Both the position numbers and the translations under genes were made by a program. Of a DNA stretch of 64,000 nt, positions 19,810 to 30,565 are shown piece after piece (the first letter of the stretch is position 1; each line of letters opens with the position of its first letter). The notes under the pieces were generated by a model. That model did no database searches, was not told the origin of the DNA, and worked only from the letters and a program-made list of their open reading frames with translations. Where the stretch lies: the NCBI GenBank assembly GCA_964368765.1, contig CAYJCU010000002.1:1310-65309 (forward strand), in the 5' to 3' direction. The DNA comes from an uncultured Rikenellaceae bacterium. GTDB lineage: Bacteria; Bacteroidota; Bacteroidia; Bacteroidales; Rikenellaceae.

Positions 19810-21168
19810 CTATTTATTAGTATACACTTCTAACTCATGAAGTGAGATATAAGAATAAGTGTTTTGCATATATTCACTTGCTCCACTACCTGTATACCTT
19901 AGATTCCTATAAGTATCATGTACAATTAATTTTAAATATCTATACTCACTAATTGGTAGAGGGAAGTCCACCTGTAACACTCCCGGATCTGCACTATCTA
20001 ACTCTTCATTAGTCTTATATACACCATTTTGAAGCAAATTACCTGAAGCCTCTTTACACCAACGGTCTGCATGAATTGTCATAGGGTCATCCTCTATTTT
20101 TATTATCTCTACCCACGAGCTTTCATCATCCATATTATTAGATGCATATATAGTAAAGCTTGCTGGTAATTTATTTTCATATGCACCCCTCCATACAGAA
20201 CCGTAGACAGACGATGATCCAAACAGTGATGGAGCTGGTGGCCAATATCTAAATTTAATAATTGCGTAGATGTTGATACCTGATATAATAGACTCCTTGC
20301 CTAAATCAAGAATAAATGGTTTTTCGTATGCGTTTGGCCCAGCTAAGAATGTTGAATATATTCCATCTTTACCCATACCTCCATCAATAACTTCATAGCC
20401 TTTTGTGTCGCCATCAAATAGATATTTTACCCCTAGTTGATAATCTTCATCTTCAACAGACAATCCGTGTGGATCTATAAATTTAATATTCTCTGATGGC
20501 AATTTTACCTTTTCGTAGGCTTCAATATTTTCATACACTACCCTATCAACAATATATCCTCTCAAATCCTCAGTACGGATTACAACTGTATTTGATTTAA
20601 TATCTTCGGCAGTAGGGAAAATTATAGGCATATCAGCACCATCAAATATTACACTTCGTAATGGAATAGTATCTATTTGATTCGTTTCGGGACTGATGCC
20701 TACATAATATATATGAGCAATACCTTTCGCATGTTCAGATAACGCACTATAGTCTACCGTAAAACCTGACCAAGCTGGTCGTACTACCGTTTTCTTTAAA
20801 AATTCAACAGGCCCAGAATCTAACGTCTCAAATGAAACCATTGTAGCACTAGACTCTATCTTATCACGGTTCATAAGAGACACTTCTGCTTCTGCCTTTT
20901 GAGCATAATCAAAACCAAGTAGTTCAATAGTATTGTCGGCATACGATCCTGTACGTTCTATAAGTTTCCCACGAGGATCAGTATATCTTACCTTAATATA
21001 TAAGACCTCGCTATTTGATGGAAGGTTATATTTCATAATTGCACCTCCTGCAATAGGGGTAAACTCCAACTCTTCAGATGACATATTAATATCAAATATA
21101 GCATCATCTTCAGTCTCACAACCTACGAGTAGTAATAGTGCAAATACAATATAAAATATTCGTTTCAT
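19810..21168 (-). CDS. Surface lipoprotein with C-terminal discoidin-like domain
   Basis: 452 aa with lipobox LLVGCET. KYLFDGDTKGYE...ISLHELEVYTNK is typical of F5/8 type C-like ends. Confidence 0.5.
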   Translation of the reverse strand: MKRIFYIVFALLLLVGCETEDDAIFDINMSSEELEFTPIAGGAIMKYNLPSNSEVLYIKVRYTDPRGKLIERTGSYADNTIELLGFDYAQKAEAEVSLMNRDKIESSATMVSFETLDSGPVEFLKKTVVRPAWSGFTVDYSALSEHAKGIAHIYYVGISPETNQIDTIPLRSVIFDGADMPIIFPTAEDIKSNTVVIRTEDLRGYIVDRVVYENIEAYEKVKLPSENIKFIDPHGLSVEDEDYQLGVKYLFDGDTKGYEVIDGGMGKDGIYSTFLAGPNAYEKPFILDLGKESIISGINIYAIIKFRYWPPAPSLFGSSSVYGSVWRGAYENKLPASFTIYASNNMDDESSWVEIIKIEDDPMTIHADRWCKEASGNLLQNGVYKTNEELDSADPGVLQVDFPLPISEYRYLKLIVHDTYRNLRYTGSGASEYMQNTYSYISLHELEVYTNK

Positions 21169-21206
21169 AATATTTATAATTTATAGTTTATAATTAAATT
21201 TGAGAA

Positions 21207-23150
21207 TTACCAACCTAAATTCTGAGTAACTCCCGATATCATCACCTCTTCAGCCCTTATCGGGAAAAGATAATCTCTAGGCGATGTAAATTTTCTATCC
21301 TTCCATACCTCTAGTGGTCCTTCAAAATTGTTATAGAATCCAGCTTCAGTATTTGAGAAGGTATTCCATCCTCTAAGTGATTGATTAAGCTCTGTTTCAG
21401 CTGTTAGCCAACGACGAACATTGTAGAAACGTTTACCCTCAAATGCAAATTCATTATTCCACTCGTCGTGAATGATTTCTCTCATCCCTTCAATTGTATT
21501 TGGTTTATCAGCATCATTAGAATATGTAGACCACGATGTTCTAACATCAGGAATGCCAGCTCTCTTTCTAACTATATCAATTGCGTCATACACTTTTTCG
21601 GTAGGTCCTTCGTACTCATTCCATGCCTCAGCTTGCATTAAATAAAGTTCTGCTAATCTAAATATTATAAATGGATAGTCCTTTGAACCAGCATCTTCTA
21701 TATCTTTAAATGACAATAATGGGTCTAATCCTTTCTTTAAAATATATCCCGATAAATTTTGTGGCAATGAGGTATTTAGTACATCGTTCATAACACCTAC
21801 CGCCTCATCTTGACGAGCTTTTACTAATAAATTATTTACATCCCCTGCTCCCTGTTGCCAATATAGGCGATCTGCAGCGATATTGGCATAAAAACGTGGT
21901 TCTCTAGCTAAGTGTAGTTTCAAAACATCGGTTCCTGAAGGCACTACCTTTGTGTATTGAGTACTAGATTCTGTCCCCATTTGATATCGATTAGTATAAT
22001 CCCAATTTATGTCACTTTCAATTGGTAAGCCATTAACAGTATAGTATCGCTCTACAACATTTAAACTAGGGAATATTTGACCATCAGAATGAGGTGTAAA
22101 TACCGGACTAGTGTATGGCACAACTGGAAGTGTGCGAAAAGTATACCTATAAGCTGGTGAATTCGGTCTCATAGCATATATTGATTCTACATTATCTAAT
22201 AATCCTCTGTCCATAACTGACTCTTGAATATTTGTTATATGGTTAAGAAGATCTGTTACTTTACCTCTTGAGTCATTATATAAACGAACGCCACCAAGCG
22301 TAGCATATTCTATTGCTTGATCAATAGCTTCAGCTGCCACTTTCCACTTCTCTTTATCATACTCTTGTGGGAATAAAAGCTCGCCATTCTTATTTTTTAT
22401 CTCCCTATATGCAGAATTTCCATTAAATATTGGTGATGCAGCATATAGTAGTGCGTAAGCTTTAACTACCGCTACTGATGATTTATTATGAAATACTTTA
22501 CGTGAGGTATCTTTCAAGTCTATATTTGGCAGAACTTCAATCGCCTCATCACAAAGTGTTACGATAGCCTTAACACACTCATCTATTGAACTACGAGGTA
22601 ACTGCATATCTGAAATATCACTATTTACTGCTATGTTTTCATCAATTATAATGAATGGTCCGTAAGTCTTTAAAAATTCCAAATATATATGTGCTTTTAG
22701 TGCCTTAATTTCTGCTATCCACAGCTCTTTTTCACTATCTTGCATATTATATACTTGGTCTATTTTTTCGATAAATATATTAATATATCTTAACGATTCA
22801 AACAGTCCATCATTTTTCCAAATATTACCATAAGGTTCTTGTGACATTTGAAGTCCGTCACCAATAAATAAACCACACCACTTACCTGTCGTTGTAGCCA
22901 TTCGAAGTAGACGCGCATAATCTCCAGCAACAAATTCATCCGCCCCTACAAATGATGGAGAGTGAATTACACTAGTAAACTGATTTACTGCGAGGGCATA
23001 ACAAGTCTTTAACCATGTATCAACATCCTCTCTTTTTTCAAAGACGGTCTCTATGGTCTCAACATCATCTTCTGGCACTATATCAAGGTAATTACACCCT
23101 GAAACGAATATTGCCATAATAGCAACAAAAATATATCTTAAATGTTTCAT
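21207..23150 (-). CDS. SusD/RagB-family lipoprotein
   Basis: 647 aa with lipobox FVSGCNYLDIVPEDD (a typical SusD N-terminus), directly downstream of SusC. Confidence 0.85.
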   Translation of the reverse strand: MKHLRYIFVAIMAIFVSGCNYLDIVPEDDVETIETVFEKREDVDTWLKTCYALAVNQFTSVIHSPSFVGADEFVAGDYARLLRMATTTGKWCGLFIGDGLQMSQEPYGNIWKNDGLFESLRYINIFIEKIDQVYNMQDSEKELWIAEIKALKAHIYLEFLKTYGPFIIIDENIAVNSDISDMQLPRSSIDECVKAIVTLCDEAIEVLPNIDLKDTSRKVFHNKSSVAVVKAYALLYAASPIFNGNSAYREIKNKNGELLFPQEYDKEKWKVAAEAIDQAIEYATLGGVRLYNDSRGKVTDLLNHITNIQESVMDRGLLDNVESIYAMRPNSPAYRYTFRTLPVVPYTSPVFTPHSDGQIFPSLNVVERYYTVNGLPIESDINWDYTNRYQMGTESSTQYTKVVPSGTDVLKLHLAREPRFYANIAADRLYWQQGAGDVNNLLVKARQDEAVGVMNDVLNTSLPQNLSGYILKKGLDPLLSFKDIEDAGSKDYPFIIFRLAELYLMQAEAWNEYEGPTEKVYDAIDIVRKRAGIPDVRTSWSTYSNDADKPNTIEGMREIIHDEWNNEFAFEGKRFYNVRRWLTAETELNQSLRGWNTFSNTEAGFYNNFEGPLEVWKDRKFTSPRDYLFPIRAEEVMISGVTQNLGW

Positions 23151-23170
23151 ATTATTCTGAATTTTAATTG

Positions 23171-26100
23171 TTAGAAACTAAATGTTAAACCTAAAGCATA
23201 TGTCTTTTGAATTGGGTAGTTAAAACCATTTTCACCTAATTCAACATCCCATATATCAAAATCAGTAAATAAGAATGGATTGTTTGCCCTAACAAATACC
23301 TTCGCATTCTGTATTCTCCATCTCTGTAGCAGTGGCTTTGGTAGTTTATATGCCAACTCTAGTGATGTAACACGTATAAAAGAGCATGAACGCATAAAAT
23401 ACGTACTCTTACGAACCTCTGAATTATCTTCATTATACCAATCCTCTTGTATGTTGTGGTCGATTATATTTTGCTGTGATAATCTAGGCCAAAATGGCAT
23501 ATTTGTCATATTATCTTCACTCCAATGATCTTCATAAATTGCTGTAAGCATAGCATTATCATTAGAAAAAGGAGAGATAGTAGATGGGTTAATAAAAAAT
23601 GTACGTCTACCCGATCCCTGTAAAGCAAAACTAAATTCAAATTGTTTGTAATTAATAAAACCGTTAAGTCCATATATAAGAGCTGGAACTTCAGGGTAAC
23701 CTATATAAGTTGCATCTTCAACATCAATAACTCCATCATTATTTAGGTCACGATACCTAATATCACCCGGCATAACATCTCCACCTTGTATTGGGGAATT
23801 TTCTATCTCTTCCCAATCAGCAAAAAGTCCATCGGCAATATATCCAATTTGTTGAGATATCTCTTGACCCACCTTTTTTTGATAATCAGGTTTGTCTGTA
23901 GCCTCTTCAATTTCAAGATATTCACTTTGTGCGTATGATAGTGTGCCATTAAGAATAACCCAAAAATCGCTATTGAATTGTTTTTGAAACTTAGCTGTTA
24001 AATCAACTCCTCTTGTTCGTCCTTTACCAATATTATCTAGTGGAGCGGTTGGAACACCCATTGATTGAGGTATCACAACTCTATTAGATATAATATTGTG
24101 ACGCACCTCTTCAAAAGCATCTATGTTAAGATCAAATAATCCATCTAGAAATGACATCTCAAGACCTAAATTTGCTTTCTCGGCCACCTCCCATTGTATT
24201 TCGGGGTTCGAATATGATAATACTCGATATGCATCTAGTGGTGCCATAAATCCAGTAGGGTCTGCATACGACCTATATGTGGTTAATTCCGGTAGATATA
24301 TGTATCGCTGACCTGATGAACCAGTGTATATTCCATCATTTCCTACCATACCATATGATGCTCTAAATTTTAACAGGGATATAACGTTAGAAATAGACTC
24401 CATCCATTTCTCATCTGAAACTACCCATGCTATACCTCCTGCAGGGAAGATACCAAAACGATTCTCTTTAGGAAAGCGTTCTGATCCATTATATCCAAAA
24501 CTAGCCTCAAAAAAGTATCGATCCTTATAGCCATAAGTACCACGAGCCGAAAAAATCATATTTCTGCCCGGTATTCCATTAAGAACAGATTTGATTGGGG
24601 TATATGTATGCTCTTGCATTTGTGCAACTGCGGTAAATGATGTCTGATGATCACCCCATGCTGCTGAATGGTAGGCTCGCAGTTCATAAGCCAGACGAGT
24701 ATCGGTATTACTAACAGTTCCTTGTGAATCAACAGAAAGTGTACGTTTAGCAGTCGCCGCATTTAAAGGGGTAAGACTAAACTTACCCGTAGTAAAGTCG
24801 TAATTATCATCAGTTAAACTATACAAATAAGGGGCGGTCTTATACACTGTTGCATAATAACCTGACTGCACAAGTGATACACTTGCCCTTACCTCTAATC
24901 CTTTGACTACCGAACTTAAATTATGAATGTATTCAGCCTTATTAATAGTAGAATATCGTGTTCTGTCAGTATAACCAGACTGAACATCTTTATAAGGATT
25001 TCTTGAGTAGGTATCCAAGCTACCAAAACGAAGATGTGGCCAGTTATAAGTATCATCAGCAGGATACATCACAGCAAAATCAACAGGAGATGCACAAAAT
25101 GCTAATCCGTAAGCATCATACACATCGGTAGCTGGGCCGTGTTGTTTATCAAGTGAAGCCGATGAGTTAATTAATAATTGGATGCCAGAGTTTAATTGTA
25201 TGTTTAGATTTGTTCTATAAGTTATTTGATTATTTTTAATATTAATATCAAAATCATTTAACTTATCTGTCTTCAGCATTCCGTTATCTTGATTATAATT
25301 CACCGAAGCATAGTATTGCACTAGCTTTGAACCACCACGGATAGTTACACCAGCACGGTGATTAATGCTTTGATTTTTAAACATCATTCCATACCAGTCG
25401 TTTTGTGGATAGAGAAAATCTGGATATTTACCAGAAGCTGTTCTCTCAATCCTCTCTTGCGTATATCTTGGTTGAGCAGTAAGAGAACGACCTACAATGG
25501 CTTGATTAAATTGATTCATATAGGTCAATGGATCAACAATATCAATTTCTTTAGTTGGTTGCGAGGTAACTATTTCATATCTCGCAGTTGCGTACACACT
25601 ACCCTCAACACCCTTTTTTGTTGTAACCAGAATAACTCCATTAGCACCACGTGCACCATACATTGCAGCAGCAGAGGCATCTTTCATTACTGAGAAAGTC
25701 TCTATATCCTCTGGTGCAATACGAGATAGATCTAACTTTGAAGTCTCAACACCATCAAGTAGTATAAGAGGATCTTTATTTGCACCAGTCTGGAACGATG
25801 TAATACCACGAATATAGAATTGTGTATTCATTTCACCTTCCGTTAAAGCTCCTGGCATACCACCTGTCTGCCAACCGATTATTCCAGCAATTCTACCAGC
25901 AAATGATGATGTTAGATCGCTAGACGAACTCTTTAAATCCATTGGTTTTACCGTTGTGATAGCCGAAACTACACTCTCTTTCTTTTGTGTTCCGAAAGCA
26001 ACAACCGTAACATCTCCAACCTCTTGTACTTCCATACTTAGAGATGCTAAAATATTTGTTGTCTCTTTGCGTATCCTTACATTTTGTGGTTTGTAACCCA

Positions 26101-26659
26101 TACACGAAATCTCTATCGTGTTACCATTCTGAACATTGATAATAAAATTTCCATCTGCCTCGGTGATAGCTCCTTGACCGGTCTCTTTAATCAAGATCAT
26201 AGCTCCTGCAATGGGTTTCTTATCACTATCCACGACCTTACCTGTAATAGTACGAACCTTTGTATCCTCTTGGGGGGTGTTGTTTTTATCTTCAACAATA
26301 ACAATATTATTATCAAATGTTTCGTAAGTACAACCACTATCTTTTAGTAGCTCTTTAAGAAACTCTTCAACACTCATATCTGTTACCTTTATACTCCTCT
26401 TAGGTAGTTTATTTGACAGCTCTTCAGTAATAATAAAATTGATATTAGTCTGTTTATTAAGCTCTAGAAGTATCTCTTTGATTGACATGTTTTTAACATC
26501 AATAGTTACTTTTTTTTCAGTAATTTGTTCTATTAATGATTGATTTTCATTGTTATAAGACTCAGCATAAGCGGTGACACTACAACAATATAGCATTAAC
26601 ACGCAAAATATTTTCAAATATTTCGTTGCTAAAATTCGTTTTTTAAATATAAATTTCAT
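23171..26659 (-). CDS. SusC/RagA-family TonB-dependent transporter with N-terminal STN extension
   Basis: 1162 aa. STN-like KVTIDVKNMSIKEILLELNKQTNINF, plug DVTVVAFGTQKK, terminal LGLTFSF. Confidence 0.9.
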   Translation of the reverse strand: MKFIFKKRILATKYLKIFCVLMLYCCSVTAYAESYNNENQSLIEQITEKKVTIDVKNMSIKEILLELNKQTNINFIITEELSNKLPKRSIKVTDMSVEEFLKELLKDSGCTYETFDNNIVIVEDKNNTPQEDTKVRTITGKVVDSDKKPIAGAMILIKETGQGAITEADGNFIINVQNGNTIEISCMGYKPQNVRIRKETTNILASLSMEVQEVGDVTVVAFGTQKKESVVSAITTVKPMDLKSSSSDLTSSFAGRIAGIIGWQTGGMPGALTEGEMNTQFYIRGITSFQTGANKDPLILLDGVETSKLDLSRIAPEDIETFSVMKDASAAAMYGARGANGVILVTTKKGVEGSVYATARYEIVTSQPTKEIDIVDPLTYMNQFNQAIVGRSLTAQPRYTQERIERTASGKYPDFLYPQNDWYGMMFKNQSINHRAGVTIRGGSKLVQYYASVNYNQDNGMLKTDKLNDFDINIKNNQITYRTNLNIQLNSGIQLLINSSASLDKQHGPATDVYDAYGLAFCASPVDFAVMYPADDTYNWPHLRFGSLDTYSRNPYKDVQSGYTDRTRYSTINKAEYIHNLSSVVKGLEVRASVSLVQSGYYATVYKTAPYLYSLTDDNYDFTTGKFSLTPLNAATAKRTLSVDSQGTVSNTDTRLAYELRAYHSAAWGDHQTSFTAVAQMQEHTYTPIKSVLNGIPGRNMIFSARGTYGYKDRYFFEASFGYNGSERFPKENRFGIFPAGGIAWVVSDEKWMESISNVISLLKFRASYGMVGNDGIYTGSSGQRYIYLPELTTYRSYADPTGFMAPLDAYRVLSYSNPEIQWEVAEKANLGLEMSFLDGLFDLNIDAFEEVRHNIISNRVVIPQSMGVPTAPLDNIGKGRTRGVDLTAKFQKQFNSDFWVILNGTLSYAQSEYLEIEEATDKPDYQKKVGQEISQQIGYIADGLFADWEEIENSPIQGGDVMPGDIRYRDLNNDGVIDVEDATYIGYPEVPALIYGLNGFINYKQFEFSFALQGSGRRTFFINPSTISPFSNDNAMLTAIYEDHWSEDNMTNMPFWPRLSQQNIIDHNIQEDWYNEDNSEVRKSTYFMRSCSFIRVTSLELAYKLPKPLLQRWRIQNAKVFVRANNPFLFTDFDIWDVELGENGFNYPIQKTYALGLTFSF

Positions 26660-26776
26660 AATTTTGTATTTATAGATTTTATATTACAGCTAATCTATTG
26701 CAAATTAGTAGCTGTGATACTAATTTTACTGAACTGGTTTCATTCGCAGTGGAACCAGTTTTATATTTTTTATAGT

Positions 26777-27961
26777 CTATTCTGCCTTATATCTACCTCC
26801 TTTCTCCTTTATAAATTTAACCCCTGTTGAGAGCTCTATCATCTTTAGTACAGACTCTAACTCTGTGCTTTTATCAAATGCTATTGTTGCTGAGATACTC
26901 TTCACACTGTCGCTCTGTAACTCTATATCTACACCATACCATCTATCCACACACTCTAATATATAACCAATATTTTGATTGTTAAATATAAATGTATCAC
27001 CCATCCAACTAATATAGTTTTGTGGGTTCACCTGCTCTGTTTTAGCCTCTTGTCTCTCTATATCTACCACGCATAAATCGTTTGGCTTAATAACAACTGC
27101 CTGTTGCCCACCATTATACTCAACCTCTACCGAACCCTCAACAAGACAGGTAGATACACTATGATTATTTGCATTAATATTAAACTTTGTACCCAGAACA
27201 TTAATACTTATATTCTCTACATCAACAATAAAAGGTTTTGTCGATTTTACAACATCAAAATAACCCTCTCCCTTTAGCTTAACCCTACGCTCCGAGCCAA
27301 TAAATTTTGTAGGAAACTCTAACTCACTATCTGCATTAAGATATACTGTTGTACCATCATCAAGTGTTAAAGTTGTTGTATATTTTGTTGGAACTATAAT
27401 TTTGTTAGTAGAGATAACTTCCTCTTTTGCCACCGCTACACTGCTCATACTAACTAATTCAGTTGTCGAAATCTTAGTTGCACCATCCTCACTCTCGCTA
27501 TCAATGCTTATTATCTCGCTATTGCCAACAATAATTATTGGTTTATCAATTTTAACCTCGTTATTTGCAATAACCACCTCTTCTTGTGAAGTTACTGGTT
27601 GCGAATCGGGTCTATTATTATAAATCATAAAGCTAACGAAGATAACAGCAGCAACAACAGAGCTAACTATTGCTCTTATGCGTAGTTTAGTACGGCGTTT
27701 TGAAATTTCCTCAGATATAATAGCATTAAACTTCTCAATATCTCTAGTTTTATTTGTAGAATCCTCTAAGTCCTTGCTTTCTGCTAGTGTGCAGATAAAA
27801 TCTTTACTATTTGGGGTGCTCTCTAAAAAATCTTTTAGATTGGGGTAATCCTCTAATCTAGTGTTAAAGTTACTATCCTGCGCAACATTGAGCAGTTCAT
27901 CTGCCACCCTCATTCGTCGGTGCATTAACTCTATTTCTCTTTTGTCTATATGTTTTTTCAT
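26777..27961 (-). CDS. FecR-family anti-sigma factor
   Basis: 394 aa with a central TM segment (IVSSVVAAVIFVSFMIY) and a FecR-like C-terminal domain. Confidence 0.8.
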   Translation of the reverse strand: MKKHIDKREIELMHRRMRVADELLNVAQDSNFNTRLEDYPNLKDFLESTPNSKDFICTLAESKDLEDSTNKTRDIEKFNAIISEEISKRRTKLRIRAIVSSVVAAVIFVSFMIYNNRPDSQPVTSQEEVVIANNEVKIDKPIIIVGNSEIISIDSESEDGATKISTTELVSMSSVAVAKEEVISTNKIIVPTKYTTTLTLDDGTTVYLNADSELEFPTKFIGSERRVKLKGEGYFDVVKSTKPFIVDVENISINVLGTKFNINANNHSVSTCLVEGSVEVEYNGGQQAVVIKPNDLCVVDIERQEAKTEQVNPQNYISWMGDTFIFNNQNIGYILECVDRWYGVDIELQSDSVKSISATIAFDKSTELESVLKMIELSTGVKFIKEKGGRYKAE

Positions 27962-28073
27962 TTTTTCTCTCGTTTATAATTAGAACGAACGAGAGCACAA
28001 CAATCGGAAATAGCTAGTTAAAAAAATGTAATTATTTTTCTAACTAGCTATTAATTATTTGTATATCAAACTA

Positions 28074-28646
28074 TTAAATTTCGGTCAAGATATTGATAAT
28101 TGCAAGTGCCTTTATTGTATTGGCTCCATATTTCATTAACTCTATCGCTTTTCGCTTTCTATTAAAAACGCTCTTTTCTGTTATATTGAGCTTTTCGGCT
28201 ATCGACTTAACATCCCACCCCTCGATATGTAGCCTAATAACCTCAGAGTAGTTTTCGGGAAGTTTTGCTACCATCTCAGCAAATAGTGATTGGTACTCAC
28301 TCTCGATTGCTGCCATATAGTAATGATTATCGTTGGATAGAATATGGTTCTTATACTTATCTACATATTTTTGATGTGTAAGGTAATCTTTGAATCTATT
28401 TTTGATAGCAATATAGATATATGCTTTAAGGTATCTAGCATCATCAAATAGCAGCTCTTTAGAGTGCCAAATATGTAGCAGCACATCGTGTATAACATCG
28501 CAGGCTTCAACCTCTGTTTCACGATATAATTTAGCTGTATATGAATGAATTTCATTATACACGATAGAGTAGACCTCGCTAAACGCAGAAGGCTCTCTCT
28601 TGTTGAATCGTCTATATAATGTTACCTCATCCATAAAAACTACCAC
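28074..28646 (-). CDS. ECF-type sigma factor
   Basis: 190 aa with region 2 DVIHDVLLHIWH and region 4 HTH VKSIAEKLNITEKSVFNRKRKA. The start may be M5 (28634). Confidence 0.8.
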   Translation of the reverse strand: MVVFMDEVTLYRRFNKREPSAFSEVYSIVYNEIHSYTAKLYRETEVEACDVIHDVLLHIWHSKELLFDDARYLKAYIYIAIKNRFKDYLTHQKYVDKYKNHILSNDNHYYMAAIESEYQSLFAEMVAKLPENYSEVIRLHIEGWDVKSIAEKLNITEKSVFNRKRKAIELMKYGANTIKALAIINILTEI

Positions 28647-28659
28647 TCATATTTAGTTG

Positions 28660-28690
28660 CAAATATACAAAATATAAGTTACAGAACAAA
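28660..28690 (-). promoter_or_regulatory. Canonical Bacteroides promoter (-33 TTTG, 19-nt spacer, -7 TATATTTG) upstream of the cargo sigma gene
   Basis: Minus strand reads TTTGttctgtaacttatattttgTATATTTG, ending 14 nt upstream of ATG 28646. Confidence 0.5.
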
Positions 28691-28703
28691 ATTTCCAAAA
28701 AAA

Positions 28704-29270
28704 TTATCTGTTTTTCAACCCATCAATCTCCTTATTAAGCTTTTCAGCCTCTATAAGCTTGCGCCTAGCGTGCTCTTCGACTATTGCTTTTTGGCGGATG
28801 GTCTCCTCGTACTCCTTTATTGTTTGCCATATCTCCCTAATCCTCTTATTGTCTCGGTTGAGTTCAAAGAGATTTTCTAGCTCTGTTATTGTTTTGGGGG
28901 TCGCCTCGCCTTTCATCTTTATGTATCTATATTTAATATCGTTATCCCTTTGGTCGTAGTTTGGCTCTGTGTCAATGAAATATTTTGTTGCCAGACCAAT
29001 TATTGTCAAAAATGAGAATAGTATGTAACATAGTATGCTCTTTGACTCTATCGATACACTAAATTTGCTCTGCTTGATGATGGGCTTTCGTACTGCATCT
29101 ATCACTTCGCCTGTCTTGTCAACGGCAGTTTGTAGCTGCTCTGTTAATGCTTCCACCCTTGCGTGGTCTATTGTTGGCTGTTGTGGCTGAGGAGCCGACA
29201 ACCCCCTTTCGATTTTTATTAGTGATTTTTCTTGCTTTTTTAGCATCTCAATAATTGCTTGTGTCTCCAT
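28704..29270 (-). CDS. Membrane-anchored coiled-coil protein of unknown function, last gene of the mobilization operon
   Basis: I place the start at METQAIIEM (cat at 29268-29270), because the longer ORF (to 29375) overlaps the relaxase 3' end. One TM segment (ILCYILFSFLTIIGL). Confidence 0.45.
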   Translation of the reverse strand: METQAIIEMLKKQEKSLIKIERGLSAPQPQQPTIDHARVEALTEQLQTAVDKTGEVIDAVRKPIIKQSKFSVSIESKSILCYILFSFLTIIGLATKYFIDTEPNYDQRDNDIKYRYIKMKGEATPKTITELENLFELNRDNKRIREIWQTIKEYEETIRQKAIVEEHARRKLIEAEKLNKEIDGLKNR

Positions 29271-29283
29271 TTTTTTAAAAAAT

Positions 29284-30180
29284 TTAAAATTTAATACCTC
29301 GTTTTTTCTTTTTCTGCATACGCCTTCTGAAGCTATCCTCTTCAGGGTCATCACCCTGTGGTTGTGGTAGGTCAAACACTCCTAAGCCGCCACTAAATGA
29401 TGGGGCGTTTACATGTTCCTCCGCTCTACTTTTTACATGTTCCTCCGCTAATGAGTTTTGCCTCAGTTGATAATCAATTTTCGAGAAACTAAACTGTTTA
29501 TCTACCTTAGAGCCGTTGAATGTCAAGTTGTCTTTTGTGAACTTCACCCCTTGAATTTGGTCGGTAGAGCCGTTATACTTAAACTCAACAGATATGCCCT
29601 CGCCTTTTAGCTTTTGTTGTAACTCTTCCCACGATTTAGTGGTACGAATATGTTTTGATAGTGCATCATATATCTCATATCTTATCTTCTCGCTACCTCT
29701 TAACCTGTGCCGTTTAACGTTATCTTTTCCCTCTGCGATATATAGGTTATGTTTACGTGTTAACTCATGGGTAACCTTAATATTTCTGATACGTTCGTTG
29801 CGGTCGCTTATACGATTGCCATCAAAATCAACCCTGTTTAGTATTAGATGTAGGTGTGGGTGCTCCCTATCAGTGTGGCGTACCATAAGGCATTGCGTGT
29901 TGTCGTACCCCATCTTTTGCATATACTCTTTGGCGATCTCTATCATCTTTTTGTCGGTTAATTTATCTCTGTCTTCGGCAGAGAAGTTAAGGGAGATATG
30001 CGCAACTGGTTTCGTTATTGGATTCAGGCGTGCTTGCCTCTCGAAGCCGTGCGCCATCTCTTGATTTGTTCCATTTCTAATACCTCGCACCACTAAGATG
30101 CGTGCCTCATCACGATTGAGCAGATAATTTATTGCTCCTGCAAACGATGCTCCTTGCACTATCTTAGCCATCATACTCAA
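29284..30180 (-). CDS. MobA/VirD2-family relaxase (mobilization nuclease)
   Basis: 298 aa with histidine-triad motif HTDREHPHLHLILNRV. Overlaps the MobC-like gene end; the start may be M4. Confidence 0.8.
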   Translation of the reverse strand: MSMMAKIVQGASFAGAINYLLNRDEARILVVRGIRNGTNQEMAHGFERQARLNPITKPVAHISLNFSAEDRDKLTDKKMIEIAKEYMQKMGYDNTQCLMVRHTDREHPHLHLILNRVDFDGNRISDRNERIRNIKVTHELTRKHNLYIAEGKDNVKRHRLRGSEKIRYEIYDALSKHIRTTKSWEELQQKLKGEGISVEFKYNGSTDQIQGVKFTKDNLTFNGSKVDKQFSFSKIDYQLRQNSLAEEHVKSRAEEHVNAPSFSGGLGVFDLPQPQGDDPEEDSFRRRMQKKKKRGIKF

Positions 30181-30526
30181 TCTGTTTTATGGTGTTATCA
30201 ATATCTTTTATTAGTGGCTTTAGCTCTCCATCTATCGCAAAATATCCTGCTTGGTGTGCCCGTTTTGTTAGCTGATTGAGGTTATTTAGTGCGGTGGTTA
30301 GGAGTATAATCACTCTGTTATGGTTCTTCCCAAACCGCTCTTTTACCACTGAGCTATTTAGTGCCGAGCGTATATATTCGCTCATCTTCATACCTGCCTG
30401 TTGTGCTTTTGCCTTGGTGGTGTAGTACTCGTTTGTGTTGAGTCGCACCCTCACAAAATAGTCTCTCACATCGGCTATTGGTTTCTTAGGTCGCCCATTA
30501 TTATTTCTGTTCCTTATCTCTTTCAT
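30164..30526 (-). CDS. MobC-type relaxosome accessory protein
   Basis: 120 aa, basic N-terminus, LTTALNNLNQLTKRAHQ is typical of the MobC family; immediately upstream of the relaxase. Confidence 0.65.
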   Translation of the reverse strand: MKEIRNRNNNGRPKKPIADVRDYFVRVRLNTNEYYTTKAKAQQAGMKMSEYIRSALNSSVVKERFGKNHNRVIILLTTALNNLNQLTKRAHQAGYFAIDGELKPLIKDIDNTIKQIEYDG

Positions 30527-30565
30527 TATTGTTATTATTTTTTATACTATGACCATCGGGATTGT

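Noticed and set aside
29271-29375. Longer N-terminal extension of the post-relaxase ORF (start at 29375)
   Set aside because: The extension overlaps the relaxase C-terminus by about 90 nt in another frame. The internal METQ start (29270) lies 13 nt after the relaxase stop and gives a sensible operon layout.
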